From Candidatus Multivorans sp. (lineage in GTDB: Bacteria > Acidobacteriota > Thermoanaerobaculia > Multivoradales > Multivoraceae), in the NCBI GenBank assembly GCA_965262355.1, contig OZ253534.1, forward strand, positions 3,234,232 to 3,298,231: a stretch of DNA of 64,000 nt, written 5' to 3'. Of the stretch, positions 60,958 to 64,000 are shown piece after piece. Numbering within the stretch: the stretch's first letter is position 1; each line of letters begins with the position of its first letter. Made by a program: the position numbers and the translations under genes. The notes beneath the pieces are model-generated. The model saw nothing but the letters and a program-made list of their open reading frames with translations, made no database searches and was not told the DNA's origin.

Positions 60958-62190
60958 ATGAACGCCAAGCAATCACTCTTCAGAGCACTCTCGAGAGCGC
61001 TGGTGCTCACCCCCTGCCTGCTTCTGCTTGGCGCGGCGGTGCCGTTCGGCTTCGATGCCCCGCTCGTGGCCCAGGTCGCGGGCGCTGCCGCGAACGCGGA
61101 TCCGAACCTGAAGCGGGCGATAGCCGAGCAGCGGAAGCTGGTGGAGAGCCAGAGCCGCCCCGCCGACCGCGCGACGGCCCTGAACGATCTCGCCAATCTG
61201 CTGGAGCTCCGGGGCGATGTCGCGGCGGCTTTCGAGCACTACCGTGCCGCAATCGCCGCGGACGGAACCTGGGCGCCCGCGCACTACAACCTGGCCCTGC
61301 TCGCCTACACGACCGGCGACACGGAGTTGGCGTCGAGCCATCTTCGGGAAGCGATCGAGCTGGAGCCGGGAAACGCCTGGGCGCACTACCAGCTCGGCCG
61401 GATCGCCGACGATTCGGGTGAAGCCGAGAAGGCGGTGCAGCACTACGTACGCGCCGTAAGCCTGGACTCGCACCTGGCCTTCGGCGACGTCAATCCCCAC
61501 TTCGCAGTGAACCGGTATGCCACCGAGATTCTGCTCCGGGCGGACCGAACGCGCGCCAAGGCTCTACCACCGAGGGCGTACTCGCAGCCGGGCCGGATCA
61601 GCGGCCTGCTCGTGCCGGCGCGCCTCGAAGAGGCTGCGCCGCGACTCGACGAAATCGCGGAATCTCAGGAAGACGAGGTTGCGGAATCTCAGGAAGACGA
61701 GCCCGCGAAGGTTGAACATGGCGAGGCCGTGAAGTCGGTGGAGGTGGATCCGGACCGGCTCGGCCGGGCGAACCGGTCGTCGGTTCCGGCGGGCATCGAT
61801 GCGGATCTGTTCGGTACGCCGACCACCCTGTCGGTCACGTATGACACGCCCGCCACCGCGAGTGTGCCGGACGAGCCGGCGGAACCTGCGGTCGAACGGG
61901 CGACCGAGAGGGCGCCCCGGGTCTTCACCCGGGACGACCTTCGCCGCCGCACGCTTGCGGGAAGTGTGGCCGGGGCGCCCGCGGGCAGGCAGCCGTCGTC
62001 GAGCCCGGCTTCCGGGAGGCGCGGTGGAATCCAGGTGGGGACACCGGTTGGTCCGGGCGGCAGGCAGCCGGCGTCCGGTTCTTCGTCCGGGACCTTCGGC
62101 GGTTCCCGCGGGGGGCGCTTCGAGCCGACCATTCGCAGCAGCGCTCAGCTTGAAACGAGCATTCGCCGCGTCGCGGTACCGGCGCCCTAG
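60958..62190 (+). CDS. Secreted TPR-repeat protein with a low-complexity C-terminal half
   Basis: ATG at 60958 gives a signal-like MNAKQSLFRALSRALVLTPCLLLLGAAVP. TPR units (ALNDLANLLELRGDVAAAFEHYRAAIAAD; AHYNLALLAYTTGDTELASSHLREAIELEP; AHYQLGRIADDSGEAEKAVQHYVRAVSLD). Confidence 0.7.
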   Translation: MNAKQSLFRALSRALVLTPCLLLLGAAVPFGFDAPLVAQVAGAAANADPNLKRAIAEQRKLVESQSRPADRATALNDLANLLELRGDVAAAFEHYRAAIAADGTWAPAHYNLALLAYTTGDTELASSHLREAIELEPGNAWAHYQLGRIADDSGEAEKAVQHYVRAVSLDSHLAFGDVNPHFAVNRYATEILLRADRTRAKALPPRAYSQPGRISGLLVPARLEEAAPRLDEIAESQEDEVAESQEDEPAKVEHGEAVKSVEVDPDRLGRANRSSVPAGIDADLFGTPTTLSVTYDTPATASVPDEPAEPAVERATERAPRVFTRDDLRRRTLAGSVAGAPAGRQPSSSPASGRRGGIQVGTPVGPGGRQPASGSSSGTFGGSRGGRFEPTIRSSAQLETSIRRVAVPAP

Positions 62191-62251
62191 CGAACTGGAC
62201 ACGTTCCATGCGCGGCAGCGCCGCGTGCACGCGGCGACTACTCCTGGTGTT

Positions 62252-63700
62252 CTAGACGACCGGACCGAGCTGCAGTCCGGTCAGCAGCAGCGTCGGCGCG
62301 CCCACCGCTCCGGGCAGCGGCAGGAACCGGAGATCGTCGCCGACGGCGCGGATTCCGCGGAACAACTGGCGGATCGAACCTCTGAGCCGCGCCCTCGGGA
62401 TGGCGCCGTGAATGCGGCCGTGTTCCACCACGAAGCCGGTCGTGTCGATCTCGAAGGTTGACTCCCGGCCGTTGTCCGAGAGTGCGAAGGTGGCGTGGCG
62501 ACGGCCGCCCGGAGCGCAGTCCAGCAGATAGCAGCCGCGTCGGATTCCACTCCGGATCGCATCTGCGGACTCCGGGCCGCGGGCGATGTAGAGGTGGGAG
62601 TGGCTGATCTCGGGCGGCGCCCGCCAGCCCGACCGGCGCCGACAGCCGGCGGCGGAGAAGCCCGACCAACCGTCATCTTCCCAGGTCAGCAGAGGCTCGC
62701 CGGGTTCTCCGTCCTTCACCAGCGCCACCGCCCGCGTGGGCACGCCCTCGTCGTCGATCGGGGTGCTGATCCAGCCGGTTTCGAGGGCGCCGTCGTCGAG
62801 GATTTGCAGGTCCGGCGGCCCCAGCGAGTGCCCTGAAGAGAGACGCTGAAGCGTCTCCCAGCCTTCGCGGCCCCTGAACAGGGGGCCGAGCAGAGCCAGC
62901 AGGCTGGAGGCGAGGGCGGGCGACACCGCTATCTCGTTGGAAGGCAGAGCCGGTACGGGCGCCGCGGTCGCGAGTGTCAGCCGGTCGGCGACCTCGGCGG
63001 CGATTGTCCGGGTATCGAAGCTCGTCAGATCGGCGGCCGCGCGATAGAGGCTGCAGGATCCGCGAGCACCGATCCGTTCGACGGCGAACTCCATCTCGAC
63101 CGTCGCGAGGCGCAGCGAGGTCCGCCCGGTGACTCCGCCGCTGTTTGCGAGTACGGACGCGCTGACGCCGTCGGCCAGTCTCGCCCGGATCAGGCGGCTG
63201 CCCGGAAGTTCGTTGCGGGTTCGCTCCAGGATGCCGCGGATCAGGTCTCGGCCGAGAGCTTCCGAGTCGTTGTCCGGCACATCCTTCTTGCCGGGGTTGG
63301 GCAGCGACGCCTTTCGCGTGCCTCGTGGCGGCAGTCGGAGCGAACCCGGCCTCAGGGAATGACGATTCAATCGGCCCCAGCCGCCGGGAGCAGGCAGCGC
63401 GCCGGACTCGGCAACGAAGAGCGCCCCGCTCGCGCCCCCGGCGCGCAGGGCCCACCCTCTCTCTTCCACGTTGCTCACGTGAAAGCGCCAGTCCTCGGGA
63501 GCGGACGGCGATGCGCTACTGGGCCGCCAGGGGTCGATCTCGATCCGCAGGCTGCCACCCGCCTTGACGTAGAACTCGGCGCTCGATGCGCCGGTGCGTT
63601 CCGTCACCGCGGTCAGCGCGGTCCCGAGGGCCCGAATGGTCGGTAGCCGGAGTGGCTTCAAGCCAAACCCTCCAGGCGCACGGACGGGCTGCGGGCCCAT
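62252..63700 (-). CDS. TldD/PmbA-family metalloprotease-like protein
   Basis: The C-terminal ...GFVVEHGRIHGAIPRARLRGSIRQLFRGIRAVGDDLRF...GAPTLLLTGLQLG is typical of PmbA_TldD. The start is uncertain (ATG 63700 or 63733). Confidence 0.65.
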   Translation of the reverse strand: MGPQPVRAPGGFGLKPLRLPTIRALGTALTAVTERTGASSAEFYVKAGGSLRIEIDPWRPSSASPSAPEDWRFHVSNVEERGWALRAGGASGALFVAESGALPAPGGWGRLNRHSLRPGSLRLPPRGTRKASLPNPGKKDVPDNDSEALGRDLIRGILERTRNELPGSRLIRARLADGVSASVLANSGGVTGRTSLRLATVEMEFAVERIGARGSCSLYRAAADLTSFDTRTIAAEVADRLTLATAAPVPALPSNEIAVSPALASSLLALLGPLFRGREGWETLQRLSSGHSLGPPDLQILDDGALETGWISTPIDDEGVPTRAVALVKDGEPGEPLLTWEDDGWSGFSAAGCRRRSGWRAPPEISHSHLYIARGPESADAIRSGIRRGCYLLDCAPGGRRHATFALSDNGRESTFEIDTTGFVVEHGRIHGAIPRARLRGSIRQLFRGIRAVGDDLRFLPLPGAVGAPTLLLTGLQLGPVV

Positions 63701-64000
63701 ACCGGCAGGAGAGCTCCGTCCTTCACGCACCATCCGGCGCCGGCGGCCAGCGGGCGGTCCCCGACCGCTGTCACGGCAGCGAGGAGGTCGACCGTGTGCG
63801 ACCGGATCTCCACCGGTCCCACGAAGTCGACGGGACCGCTGGCGCCGATCCTCCGGGCGCAGGGCGCCCGCAGCACACAGCCGCCATCGAACGGGTTCAA
63901 CGTGCCGCTCTCGAACTCGCCGATGTAGAGGCCGCCGGCGGCTTCGCGGAACAGGTCCGCTTCGGGCAGATCGCTGGGAAGCAACTCCAGGTGCGTCGTG
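63658..64000 (-). CDS. TldD/PmbA-family protein, C-terminal part (5' end outside the window)
   Basis: ...GGLYIGEFESGTLNPFDGG...VGPVEIRSHTVDLLAAVTAVGDRP...CVKDGALLPV...SVRLEGL resembles the family C-terminus. The frame is open to the window edge. Confidence 0.6.
   Translation of the reverse strand, partial: TTHLELLPSDLPEADLFREAAGGLYIGEFESGTLNPFDGGCVLRAPCARRIGASGPVDFVGPVEIRSHTVDLLAAVTAVGDRPLAAGAGWCVKDGALLPVWARSPSVRLEGLA

Overview
Very GC-rich (judged by eye, not computed) bacterial chromosomal segment with Gram-negative hallmarks: an OM beta-barrel C-terminus, a prepilin peptidase and pseudopilins. No tRNA, rRNA or CRISPR array was recognised. Housekeeping content: LigD/Ku NHEJ pair, infC, a sodium:solute symporter, class III alcohol dehydrogenase, an aquaporin, an M1 aminopeptidase, adenosine deaminase, a Glu/Leu dehydrogenase-family enzyme, nudC, moaA, a five-gene mevalonate operon (fni, HMG-CoA reductase, mvk, decarboxylase, isopentenyl phosphate kinase), a DtxR-family regulator, an acyl-CoA carboxylase alpha subunit, a polyprenyl-phosphate glycosylation cluster (UbiA-family, GT2, GT39, flippase-like) with an OmpR/HK pair, two M20 peptidases, pilD plus minor pilins, selA and TldD/PmbA. 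Accessory content: (1) a complete diversity-generating retroelement (FGE/C-type-lectin-fold target with a C-terminal VR, GC hairpin, avd, RT, TR) followed by an MT-A70 methyltransferase, a Fic protein, DUF2277 and a more AT-rich small-ORF + SDH-family serine protease module; (2) an IS21-family element with a 7-bp target duplication splitting a Sel1-repeat gene; (3) an IS110-family element apparently inserted into a ~115-nt highly structured repeat that also occurs inside the IS21 element; (4) toxin-antitoxin-like cassettes (MNT-HEPN-zeta-like-small ORF; Phd-VapC). There are also several REP-like repeat families. One of them sits in frame, as two tandem 39-nt copies, inside mevalonate kinase. 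Probable frameshifts or pseudogenes affect the carboxylase, an MBL hydrolase with an out-of-frame Tat leader, an EEP nuclease relic and a UbiA gene-end relic. The DGR and the structured repeat/IS110 association are the most interesting signals I can support. All family calls rest on motif recognition by eye and need HMM/BLAST confirmation.
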